DNA from: Lingula anatina
Taxonomy: Eukaryota; Animalia; Brachiopoda
Direction of reading: 5' to 3'
Assembly: GCA_051362555.1 (NCBI GenBank)
Contig: CM120642.1
Span: forward strand, 4,712,001 to 4,776,000
DNA length: 64,000 nt
The position numbers and the translations under genes are program-made. Positions 12,201 through 23,500 of this stretch are shown here, piece after piece. Below the pieces are notes generated by a model. The model saw nothing but the letters and a program-made list of their open reading frames with translations. It was not told where the DNA came from and ran no database searches. Position 1 is the first letter of the stretch. Every line of letters begins with the position of its first letter.

Positions 12201-15200
12201 TATACTGGCAATTTACTGTGACCTTGGAATTGACCTTTGACCTACCTTACGATGAACTTAACTTTGATCGTACCATTTTTAGTAATATATATATTTTTTG
12301 CATATTTTGAAAATTCTTGTTGATTGCATTTTTACAGCTTGTCAAGCACAAGACTGGTGGCTGTGTTCCTTATTTTGTATATGTGGGGGTCTATACGAAT
12401 GCGCTTGCTCCAGCTGGTGGTACAATATTCGGAGGCGGTATCGCCTCTCTGATCCTCTAGTTTCAATATCGTTCCTGCCTGAAATTGGTTTAATCAGGTA
12501 ATTTTCAAAAAAATTCAGGACTGGCTACTTTTGGTCAGGGCTGGCTACTTTTCAAAGTTGCCAGCCCTGCTGTCCAGCTTCAAATTTATACGAATTTCAT
12601 ACCCTGCTTCAATGCATTACTGCCTTTACAATTTAAGAAGTACTTATTAGACGGCCCCTCTTTACATGTTTTCTAAAAGGCTCTCACATCTTTTGGACCT
12701 GTTCTAAGTGATAGATAAATTTCATCAAAATTTGTAACTAGAATCCCTCACTGTCTTGGAGTCACATCAATCAGATCACAGTTGTAGCATTTCTTTTTAC
12801 AAATCCTCTCCAGTTTTGCACCACATCATTTGATATATTGTCTCTAGCCAGCAACTGTTATGAAATCTAATATCTATCTCATTAAATGTTAACATCTTTT
12901 CAAACAAGTTATTCATTTGAAAGATTATTTTTTCCAGGAGAGTTTGCATTTTGGAAAGCAATGCAAAGCTCATCAGAGAAACCACCTGTTAAGTCTGAAG
13001 CAAAACCAACAAGTGGGTTCTCATTTAGTGCCCCTCCTCCCACTACAGTCTCTTCAAGTGGAAAAAGCACTGCAGCTTCAACTTCAACCACAACTGCAAC
13101 TGTCAGCCCTTCTGTTTCCTCTGGAGCTGCAGCGCCAACACGTACTACTTTATTTGGTGGAACTGGTTATGTATTGGGGTCAAAACCTGCAGCAACTGTG
13201 ACAACAGCAAAAACAACATCTGCAACTACAGCCAGTGTTTTCAGTGGTTCTGGTGGCAAACCAAGTGAAGGGAGCACCACTTCTGTCAGTCAAGGCTTAG
13301 TGGGGAAGCCTGAAGCAGCCAACAGTTCACCAAAAGTCAGCGTGTCTGGTGATGCTGGGGCCGAACAAGGTGAAGGGGGGGCCACTTCTGTCACTTTTGG
13401 CCAAAGCTTGAATGGGAAGCCAATAGTACCCACAAGTTCAGTACAAGTGGAAGAGTCATCCCCAGTGGTTTCAAAAGTGGAAACAGTTACAACAACAACT
13501 TCTTCAGCTTTTGGCTCTGGCTTTTCTTTGGCAACAGGCACATCGGCACCATCTGGTGGATTTTCCTTTGGGGGATCCAACTTTGGTGGAACTGCAACTA
13601 CATCTTCATCTGTGGCTGGGGGTGCGGCAGGGAGTGCGGCAGGGAGTGCTGCACCAGCAATATCTGGTGTGGGTCTCTTCGGAAAATCAACTGCCAGTTC
13701 AGGGTTTGGATTTGCATTTACTCAGCCAACAACAGGGGCATCTGTATTTGGTGGATCTTCTACAGTGACTGCTACAACAGCACCAGCAACAACAACTGCA
13801 GCATCAGCACCTTTAGGAACAGTAGCAACTACTGCAACAGCAGAGACGACAACAGCTGTTACGACTACTGCTGCAACAAGTTCATTGTCTGGAGGCACTT
13901 CAACTAGCGCTACGAGCACTGCAACTTCATTATTCAGTGGTGGTGGAGCAGGCACTGGGTTATTTGGGCAGGCAACTTCCAGTGGAGCTACAGGGTTTAC
14001 GGCCCTGGGCAGAGGGGGGACTTCACTCTTTGGAGGTCAAGGTCAACCAGCTACAAGTAACACAGAGGCAGCAGCTGCCACAACTACTATTACTACTACT
14101 ATTACTACTACTACTACTACCACAGCTCCTACTGCAGCAACTTCTACAACTTCATTGTTTGGTGGTATACAGACTACCACCTCCTCCACTGGGGTGTCCA
14201 TATTTGGTACCCAACCCTTAGCTAGTACATCTTCTGTATTTGGTGGTACCCAAACTTCAACAATTACATCTTCTGTATTTGGTGGTACCCAACCTTCAAC
14301 AACTACATCTTCTGGATTTGGTGGTGCCCAACCTTCAGCTACTACATCTTCTGTATTTGGTGGTACCCAACCTTCAGCTACTGCATCTTCTGGATTTGGT
14401 GGAACCCAACCATCAGCTACTACATCTTCTGTATTTGGTGGTACCCAACCTTCAGCTACTGCATCTTCTGGATTTGGTGGAACCCAACCATCAGCTACTA
14501 CATCTTCTGTATTTTGTGGAACCCAACCTTCAGCTACTACAGCCTCTGTATTTGGTGGTACCCAACCTTCAACTGCTACATCTTCTGTATTTGGTGGAAC
14601 CCAACCTTCAGCTACTGCATCTTCTGTATTTAGTGGTTCCCAACCTTCAGCTACTACATCTTCTGTATTTGGTGGAACCCAACCTTCAGCTACTGCATCT
14701 CCTGTATTTGGTGGAACCCAACCTTCAGCTACTACATCTTCTGTATTTGGTGGTTCCCAACCTTCAGCTACTACATCTTCTGCATTTGGTGGAACCCAAC
14801 ATTTAGCCACTACATCTGTATTTGGTGGAACCCAAGTTTCAGCTACTACAGCCTCAGTATTTGGTGGAGCACAACCCACAAGTTCTACCAGCACCACACC
14901 ACTTTTTGGTGGTGAACAGTCTGCCACCACTGCAACCACTGGCACAACGCTCTTTGGTAATTCACAGGTGTCAAGTTCAACTGCAACACCACCCTTATTT
15001 GGTAGCACACCAACTGCAAGCACTGCTACTTCAGCCCCGCTTTTTGGCAGTGTTCAAACCAGCACAACTTCCACTGGTGCAGCATCCATATTTGGTGGTG
15101 GTTCCACTGTGACCTCTGGTGGAACATTTGGGTCCTCTGGTGGTACATCTGTCTTTGGTGTCCAGCCTTCAACCACAGGTGGATCTGCCTTTGGGTCAAG

Positions 15201-15789
15201 CACATTTGGACAGAGTGGCACAGGGTGAGGATAAAGTATCTTACCTTCAAAGACAATAAATACGTAGACCTTTGCATACCAAAAAAAAAAAATGGATAAA
15301 TGAGAAAATTTTTAAAAAACATAATTTATTTAACAAGGCAAAAGTTTTGATCAAAGTGTCGCTTTTATTTTAAGAGAAACAATTAATGCTTTTTGATGTA
15401 ATAAAAGTGATGCGTCATATCTAATTGCATTATTTAAAATATATTTGATATATATGTATATTTAATCTATATTTTCCAGGTTTTTTGGTCAGCAGCAGAC
15501 CTCCACAGCAACCAGTGGTACTGGAACTGGTCCATTTGGCACACCTAGTGCATCAGAGGCCCCTGGGGGTCTCTTTGGAGGTGGTGGGGGCCTGTTTGGG
15601 GGTCTGGGAGGAAAGCCAAGTAAAGAGAATGCCAGTAAAAATGTATTTGGAGGAACTGGATTTCAAGCTGCTCCAGCCAGTCAAGGATGTGAGTTATGGT
15701 ATTTTTATATGAAAAGATTTTCTGATGTACATCCCTGAAAATATTTGAGTGGGCTGAATTAAAAAACACTGAACAAAAAACATAGTAAG

Positions 15790-15841
<52 letters not shown>

Positions 15842-16998
15842 TGGAGGGGATACTGTATAAATACCAAATATTCATTGATCCTCAGTTTCTTAACATGTAC
15901 ATTGATTAATTTCATTTACAGCCAGTTTGTTTGGTTCCTCTGGTACCACCACCACCAGCCCCTTTGGTTCCCCAGCTCCCAGTGTATTTGGGGCTGGAAC
16001 CAGTGGTGGGGGTGGGGGTGCTTTCAGCAGTGGAAGTGGAGGGGTGGCACAGACAGGTTTTGGAGGATTCAGCCAGCAACAACAACAAAATAAACCACCA
16101 GGTACTGTTGGTCTTTTTTTCTCTTTTTACTAAAGAAAGAGAAAGTTAGCTCTGTTTATTAAATTTAAATCTGGAAAGGACATGAGAATTAAAAATTATA
16201 AAAGCCAAGCACATTTGAAATAAATTCATTTGCATCAGTGTTTATATTCAATTATTTTAAATTTTCTTGACATTATGTAGGTGGGTTTGGTGCTTCTCCC
16301 ACTTTTGGTGGAGCTGCTTCCTTTGGAGGACGACCTGCCTTTGGAAGTCCCCCTGCATTTGGCAGCAGCAGTGTCTTTGGTGGAGGTGCTACATTCAGCA
16401 GTCCTGTAGGTGGCAGCACATTTGGGTCCTCCCAGACAGCCCAGGGTGGAGGTTTTGCTGCGTAAGTTGAATTGGAGAAGCTTGTTAGTAGTGAAACCTT
16501 AAGAACACAACAACTGACATTTACTTTCTTCTTTTAAGGCATAAACCACAGTTGTTCTGATATGAGTGGCTGTACAAGGACAAAATTTAAGTTAATATAA
16601 TCATGAAAATACTCCATTTGTTTCACATATTCAAGACAAGCTAATATCATCTCCAGGTTTGCCAATGCTGGAAGTAGCCCTACATTTGGAGCCCTGGCCC
16701 AGGGGGGGAACACCCCAAGTTTTGGAAGTGCTGCCCAATCCCAAGCTGCACCCACATTTGGTGGGTTTGGAAGCCCTCAGGGTGAGTTAGTCTGCATTTT
16801 AATGGTTTTTGCAATTGCATATCTGTTAGTTATAAAAGTTCAATAGATCATAAATGATTACAGTATTGAAAAAAAAACAATCAAGTCCATTATTGCACTT
16901 GTCTGAGCGATATGAATAGGATTATGAATAATGAAATTTTCCCCCATTTTGTTCCAGGGCAGCAACAAACATCCCCCAATTTTTCTGGATGGCGCTAA
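265..16998 (+). CDS. NUP214: Nucleoporin Nup214 (CAN), 3' portion: coiled-coil region, Ser/Thr-rich linker and FG-repeat C-terminus; 5' exons lie upstream of the window
   Basis: 14 phase-consistent AG/GT exons: 265-527, 662-838, 1097-1260, 1464-1594, 1892-2149, 2890-3022, 3480-3575, 3858-3953, 12938-15224, 15480-15688, 15922-16101, 16281-16461, 16657-16781, 16958-16998 (4341 nt, open to TAA). Nup214-like motifs: RYQQLLKSRALDP, LSPEKQSRLRQLL..TPVKVTAPANLS, LFGGLGGKPSKENASKNVFG, GFGASPTFGGAASFGGRPAFGSPPAFG, C-terminal FSGWR*. Confidence 0.92.
2394..2638. mobile_element. Fold-back MITE family A, copy 1 (PIF/Harbinger-like)
   Basis: Long imperfect palindrome (ctccctggggagtctca..ccggcttaaatgtctgtca versus tgacagacatttaagccgg..tgagactccccagggag), flanked by taa on both sides; related copies at 22732 and 36444. 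Confidence 0.7.
3232..3437. mobile_element. Degenerate ~200-bp MITE (family B)
   Basis: Imperfect TIRs gggacaagcttcacaagagaactt / aagttctttttgaacccggcccc and internal tttagaccaaaa / ttttggtctaaa; similar termini at 25253-25425. Confidence 0.5.
4598..5634. mobile_element. Probable second non-autonomous TIR element (CAGGGCT...AGCCCTG) nested in the outer element
   Basis: 7-bp terminal inverted match only; flanks ccaaag/caaaag are not a clean TSD; AT-rich non-coding interior. Confidence 0.4.
6878..10387. mobile_element. Academ-like non-autonomous DNA transposon with long modular TIRs, inserted in HINE copy 1
   Basis: Termini TAGTCCAGGAAATTGGTG / CACCAATTTCTTGGACTA; 3-bp TSD ATA (6875-6877, 10388-10390) confirmed by the empty site in copy 2 (cccttATAtctcc); diverged ~310-bp subterminal modules, about 3.5 on the left and 2 inverted on the right. 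Superfamily inferred from TAG..CTA ends and TSD length. Confidence 0.7.
8438..8661. repeat. Two tandem copies of a 112-bp segment inside the Academ-like element
   Basis: tttacatgcatga...ccaatgcttctgactc begins at 8441 and again at 8553. Confidence 0.85.
10388..11128 (+). repeat. 146-bp satellite array (5 units) in HINE copy 1
   Basis: tctccaaa recurs at 10391, 10537, 10683, 10829, 10975 and 11121. Confidence 0.95.
11411..12265 (+). repeat. 146-bp satellite array (about 6 units, last one diverged) in HINE copy 1
   Basis: Unit starts at 11415, 11561, 11707, 11853, 11999 and 12144. Confidence 0.95.
12938..15224 (+). CDS. NUP214: Nup214 large (2287 nt) Ser/Thr/Gly-rich FG-repeat exon
   Basis: Bulk of ORF 12886..15228; acceptor tttccag|GA at 12937/8 and donor GG|gtgag at 15224/5 are in phase with neighbouring exons; many FG and FSFG motifs. 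Confidence 0.92.
14230..14880 (+). repeat. Coding minisatellite, about 17 copies of a 39-bp (13-aa) unit VFGGTQPSATTSS in the Nup214 FG domain
   Basis: Directly visible near-identical repeats of gtatttggtggaacccaaccttcagctactacatcttct. Confidence 0.95.
15792..15840. repeat. (GT)n microsatellite
   Basis: Direct observation. Confidence 0.97.
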
Positions 16999-19900
16999 AT
17001 GTGAGGTTTTTTAGAACAAGCCTAGAACTTTATGAAAAGACCAAAGCAAGACTTGATGGAAAGCAAAAGAATGATTTTAAGGAAGCATAATCATATATTG
17101 TGGAATTGAATTAATAAGAGTCATTCAGCAAAAAAAAAAAATAATAAACATTTTTGAGTCTTATCAGTGATACACACCTTTGTGTTATATTTGCCTAATT
17201 TCAACTTTATTATCATTTTTTTTTTTTCACTTTTTACTATGGTATCCTACAATGTGGAAATCTACAACAATTGTAACACCAGGATAAGCACTGGGATTTC
17301 TGGTGACTTTACCCCCCCCCCCCTCCCTCCCGTCCCCTCCAAACTGACTTGTTGAAAATCAAAATTGATATCATGCATTTATTACACAAAATGCGTGTCA
17401 CTGTTGTGACTGAAATGCTCATTTTGTTGTGTAATGATCCATCCTTTTTTTCTTTTAAATAATAAATGTGTTGTTGGTAATAATTGTACACAACTTTCAT
17501 GTATCTAAATCACTGAAATGTTTGCTGCAACAGTAACTTTTTAAAATGTACTCTAGCTTGTATTTGGGAAAATTTGACATAATTATCATTGATTTTTGCA
17601 AGTGTTTTATATATTTGAGGTAAACGGTAAATATTCACAAGGATTTTTCAAAATGTTCTCATGGGTGTTGGAAATGTTCTTTAACAGACAATGGAACCTT
17701 ACACAATGTCTTATCCTGAAGATAGCAGTTGAAATATTCCAAGTGATCTGGTTTGTATTATGATCAAGGTTTTAGTTGAAATGTTTAACTTCCAAGTAAT
17801 AAATGTTTAAAGTAGGTGTGTATTTAATATTCAGTTTCATGTCTGTAAAACTGCAAATCATGACTGTTGAATTTGTTTTAATTGTGGTACAATCCTACAA
17901 ACCCCTGTATAACTCTTTACATATATAGAAACAGCAGTATATGCAAGTCATTATACTATGGCTGGCACTTAGAAGAACAAGATAATTGCACTTGTATTTC
18001 ACATACAGGTTTGCCTGTATTTTTATGTTTCTGTGGTATAAGTCAATTCGCCTCGATATAATTAAGCTCTTGTATGTCGCATACAGTGGACTACCGGTGT
18101 TGTAACTAGTGCTTAGAATTGAAAATGGAGAAAAATCCATATACAGTGTTTCAGAATTCTTTGAAAAGACCTAAAAACAAACTTCACAACTAAAACAAAT
18201 CTATCACAATTATATTTTATTTGACAAATCTGTACACATGTATATCACCGATTTCTAAATGACAAAATTGGATGAGATGACACACAATAAATTTTACACA
18301 CATATAATCCACATAGTTCATAAAGGTAAAGTACAAAACAGACATCCATTGCTTCAAAGAAATATTATATTATGATTAAGTGCTTAATTTAAATGGAATA
18401 CCTTTCTTTACATTATCCTTTCTTGCATCATTTAACTTTCTCTGATTAGGTGTTGAATGTTTAGTGTCTTATCTAATCAATCAGTTATTAGTAAATAATA
18501 GTACTAATAAATGAAACCGATATTCAGACAGAAAGGCAATTTCTTCTTAAAATACTCAAGTCATTTATCTAACCATTACTGTATATACACTCATTGAAAA
18601 GGGAAATACCCTTTTCACATTAATTATTTCTTACATCCATAAGCCCTTGTTTAGATATTTAAGCAAGTTTAGTAGGTTCCTTCTAAAGAAGTCTAGGCTT
18701 TCCACTTCAGTGTGTAAGCTCAAGAAAATGACTAAAAATGGCAACAACTACTTTAATTTACTTCATTATTAGATGTTAAATTAACAAATAAGAATTTAAA
18801 ATCTACTACTCCTGATTGAAAAACTATCACTAACTAAAATGTATCTGGGACCATCTCAGATTTTGGGGCAAAAAATTATCTTCAAAGTTTTTCTAGACAT
18901 CACTTCTAACTTTTGAAACAAATAAACAGTTTAGGACCACCTTTTGTTAGAATTATGAACTGCACTTTCACTTCATGTGAAAATGTACATTCAGAGTAGG
19001 AATGGATCTTCGCTAATTAAAAATGTAAGATGTCTGAAACGCATAAACAAAATATGCGATAGAAAAAAATTCATGAAAAGATGAAATTACTCATTTTAAA
19101 AAAGCCTATTTGAGGCTAACTTCCTAACATCATATACTAGTCTTTGTAGCTAACACAATAATAAGACTAGTAAGCTGTATTGCACATGTTAAAATCAAAT
19201 TCATTACTTGCACCTTTATAACCATATATACCCATGTTTAACACAGCTCAACCCTTGTTCCTGCATAATGCATCATTTCTTTAAAAGTCTCATTTTACCT
19301 ATTACAGCATAAAATAATGCATAACATATCATCACTACAATATGTAGTACATAATTTTTATAAGAGTTTGCTTTACATTCATGGGTCTTGGCAACAAAAA
19401 AAAATGAAAAACTCAAGAAACACCGTCATTCACAATGAATCACACCATATTGATACATGACAATGTCTAAGCAATATCTGACATTTTTCATTAATTAAAT
19501 GATTTATAATCATCACTTTTTCATATTAAAACATCTACAAATAATATCTTAGGTGCTGTTATTTTTCTTAACTTTTTAGGTAAGTTTCCATCCTTCATTT
19601 TTAAATTTAAACAGTGTGACAATGATAAGAATCCATCTTAGAAATCTTTCCATACAAGCAATTTGATAAACGGACATCTTCTTTGGTATATGTAAAACTA
19701 CACCACAATGCAAACAGTACTTAAATCACACACTAGCTGTGAGACAAGATATGAAACTGAAAATCAGATGAAGCACGAGTCCTGAAAGACTTTTTTATGC
19801 ATCAGATTCTAGTTTCACAGAACTAGAAAATGACCAAGCATAGCCATTAACTTTTCTTTAAACTCTCAACGGAACAGGTAATTCTCTTCCAGCTTTTTGC

Positions 19901-20453
19901 TGTTGCTGTTTAAATGAATAAATATCCTTTCTTTTAGAACCAAAGTTCAATGTGTAACCAATCATATTCTTCTAATGAATTCAAAAGCTACAATTAAAAC
20001 CATCTCTAGGGAAGTGTACAAAAAACTTAGAGAATTCCTTCTTATTAGCAATAAACATGTCACAAAATGCATTCATGAAATATTCACTAATGGTGATAAT
20101 AGAAAGTACTTTGACATGTAAAGAGTGCCTGAACATGGACATCAAGACAATAACATTCAGTAGTAGACCTCAGAAAATTTCTCCCCTTCTTGTACTTGTA
20201 ACAAGCCATACCTGGTTCTCTTTATTTTAGTGACAACTACATTGTCTGAATAAAACAATAATTATTATTACCAAATCACCGACAGTTGTTCAAAGGAACA
20301 TATTTGATCATCACACATTTCAACAAGTCTCCAGTCTTCCTCCTGTATCAAAGACAATGAAAACACAAATCCATCTTTTACTGGTCCATATAACCAGGAT
20401 GCAGCTTAAGATAGTGTAGTAATATGTGGGCACGTGATGCTGCTCTTTCCTGT

Positions 20454-20515
20454 CTACTTACGGAGATCTCTTATGTCACTGAGTAGCCCCTCAGGTGTAA
20501 GGATGTTACTGGAAC
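20454..20515 (-). CDS. STXBP1: Munc18 alternative terminal exon B ([20 protein letters not shown])
   Basis: Acceptor cttttcag|GT in phase 1; homologous to the GSTHILTP motif of Munc18/Rop; followed by a long AT-rich putative 3' UTR. Confidence 0.88.
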
Positions 20516-23500
20516 CTGAAAAGTGGAGGCAATGAAATATGTTTAATTAATAAAATGCAAGTATTTTAATCTTTTTTCTTTCTTTTTGAAAGGCAATCCT
20601 TATTTAAATAAGCCATTCTCAAAACTTTAGTCTATAATTTTTAATGGAACCAACTTTATGAATATAATACTTGAATTTTTTTTTTTTAAATTATTCAAAA
20701 CCTTAAGAGAAAATGAGCTTCAAAAAATTTATTATTAAACTTAGTATAAAACGTAAAACCAATAAAGTGATTAATGCTAAAATTCAGTGTTGCTGAAAGG
20801 AAACAAAAATCAATACTGCCCTGTCCAATTTAATGATGTAAATAAATCTACTGCAATATCTTCTTTTTTAGAAAATAAACCTTGGATATCCAGCAAGTGT
20901 CAAAATACAAATGTTACATTTCAAAGATCGCTATCTTCCAATGTTATACAACACATCTTGGAGTTGTAGCGTTTAAGCCCCAAGAAACTTGCATGTTATA
21001 ATAGTGATGTAAGCAAAAAATGCCCAGAGCCACAAAGCATGAAAGCAAGCTAGCATTCAAGATATTAAAGTTAATAATAAACCACAGCTTTATGCCACAC
21101 CGTAAGTACAGTTATAGTGAGTATAGTTCATCTGAATAAGTTATAAATCAGACAATCAAGGTTTTCTGGCAAATGTCACTTGGGATGACACTGTATTACC
21201 TAACACATAATACTAACAATCTACAGTGGTGGCAACAGATATTCACATATTCAACAGTGGTGGGATCCCATTATCCTTCATAATATATATAATAATACAT
21301 ATCATGTAATATATTTCCCACACCCACCATATCACTTTTATTTTACAGTGCAAAGCTCCAAATGATGTTACTCATACATATTGCTGCATGCAGACATGAA
21401 CTGTGCATGTTATTTAACTCAGTGGACATTTGCACATCACCATCAAGTCTAACTACACCCCATCATTCAAACTATTAACATCTAAAACATACTCCACTGA
21501 AACAGAAATGTGCACATTGGGATATGGAAAATGAAAGACACACAAATGCACTCTAAACTATAGTATACTACCCTCCAAAAAGTGATTTGTTTATCATTTG
21601 TCAAAGCATATAGTAAATATGATAAAAAATGAGGACATGGGAATTTAAATCATTCAATTCTATCATGCAATTTTATCTGCATTCAGGGCATCTGGAAAAC
21701 TTTCATTTTCATTTTTGATCACCATGTTATTCTCTTCAAAAAATATAACTACAGATCCACAAATATGGGTTTTTACACATATTCTATGGATTTTTGAGCA
21801 ATGATTCCCTTTATTTACAAGTTTCACTCAGCAGGAAATAATACTGGAAACAAAAAAGCATGACATTGAGAAGCGAGATACGGTACTAAAAAAGCACATT
21901 CTTGTGAAAATTCACAAAGCAATAAAAATCACATATTAAAATTTGAATAAAAACAAATAAACTAGTAAACAAAAAATACTGCAATGGTCAGTATTGAGAC
22001 CTACTCTACAACTATTGTGGTGTTTCCTCCTGCTCTTGTTTCTGCTCGGAAACCTCGCGCAATTTCTTCAGGAACTCTTCAGGCTTAATAATATGGGAAC
22101 CGCCTATGGATTTCAAATTAGGCAAACATACAATTTGATACATAATCTACACTGCTGGAAAAACAGACAAATTGACATATTGTCTTCAGTTCTGAAAATA
22201 AAACATTTTTTTAGAAATCCTCCACCATTTTATTATTCAATAAAGAAGTTTACATCTTGAAATATTACCAGTAGCTAATCTGATTAAAGAAAATAGAGTA
22301 AATTCACAAGCTGTACAAATTTACCTCTACAGCAAGCCAAACAAAGCTAAAATGTTTATTTCTGTGCAATATTTGAAAGCTTGTTTTAAGATTTTTTGGC
22401 TAGGAAAGAAGAGAAGTAATGGTGAAATAGTAAATAATATGGGTAGAATGTAAAGTTGAATACTACAAAAGGCCAAGTACCACATACCTTGTTAATGCAT
22501 TTGGAAAATGGAAATAAAGAAAGCAATTTAGCAAACTTCAGATAAAAATGTATAACTCTACTGGAGATCATCCTTAACAAACTTCGGGGGGAAAAACCAA
22601 ACGAGCTACACAGAGAGGAGTGGAGGAAGGGTTAAGTTGTGCATAAAACAAACAGAACATGGAGGGAATGGGTGCTCAAACAAAACTATGAGAATTCTTG
22701 CATATATGAAATGGTGTATCAAAAACACCAAGAGACCATTCCCAGAGCCTATCGTTCTAACTTTGGATCGATCTACCTCCAAGGGGATTCTCACTACATT
22801 GCTATCAAGTTAAGCAGCTTAAATGTCTTGCATGCCCACTGAAGCTGTAAGAGGGTAATTAACTATCGTTTAGCAGCTTCAGTAGGCTTGCCAGAAATCT
22901 AAGCCATTTAAGCTAAAAGGAATTTAGCGAGAAACCCCTTGGAGATGGGTCGATCCAGTTAGATCAATGTAGGCATGGGAACCCAGTCTAAGGGGTGGAA
23001 GTGAGGCTGGGGAGGGGGAAGGGGGCCACACTTACCAATAAGAACCTCCCAGTTCCCTTTAGCTTGTTTTGTCACTTCATAGGCACATCTCATCTCAGAG
23101 TAAGTGACGCCCCCAGCCACAAAGAAGATCAGACGGGGTCCACTCCGTGCTTGGCCTCTATCCGATCTGTGCCACTGGCCATACATTCGAGCACTAAAAC
23201 AAACAAAAAAAATGGGCATATGCTATATGATATTTTAAAATAACTTTTAGGGCCTTTGTTTGAAACAAATTCTGAGGTTCTTTTTTTGGTGGTATGAAGG
23301 AGAGGAAAAGAAGGATAATCAAAAATGTAAGTTACCCATTTAGGACCCTTTGATGTAACAGAAATTAATTTAGCTTACGAATTACCTTTTACGTCTGTTG
23401 TTTAAAATTCAAACACATTTGATCTATAATGTAACATATTTCTTGTTTTTCATATATTAAGTCTTCTGTTATATTATACAAACTTACTGCTTTCAGTTGC

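Larger units (their letters stand above)
5861..12462 (+). mobile_element. Helentron-associated non-autonomous element (HINE/DINE-1/pearl-like), copy 1
   Basis: 5' TT + subTIR tgtaccaccagc with adjacent inverted copy gctggcggtaca, GC-rich 9-bp microsatellite, internal 146-bp tandem arrays, 3' subTIR gctggtggtacaa (12413-12425), hairpin gaggcg-gtat-cgcctc and terminal ctag-tt; no TSD; near-identical second copy at 27401-30399. Confidence 0.85.
3988..12606. mobile_element. Non-autonomous TIR DNA transposon (CAGGG termini, hAT/P-like), outer member of a nest
   Basis: TIRs CAGGGTACGAAAT (3988) and ATTTCATACCCTG (ending 12606); flanking direct repeat cttcaat at 3981-3987 and 12607-12613; aagttgccag/ctggctactt subterminal motifs. 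Confidence 0.8.

Noticed and set aside
10388-12265. Regular repeat arrays that could be mistaken for a CRISPR array
   Set aside because: Contiguous 146-bp monomers without unique spacers, no cas genes, eukaryotic intron context.
14043-15023. 326-aa antisense ORF and 188-aa alternative-frame ORF (14240-14806) over the Nup214 exon
   Set aside because: By-products of a stop-free 39-bp tandem repeat; the FG frame is the one spliced in phase.
15694-16093. ORFs with HTHTHT / CVCVCV / YIYIYI runs (also 46852-47178)
   Set aside because: Translations of dinucleotide microsatellites.
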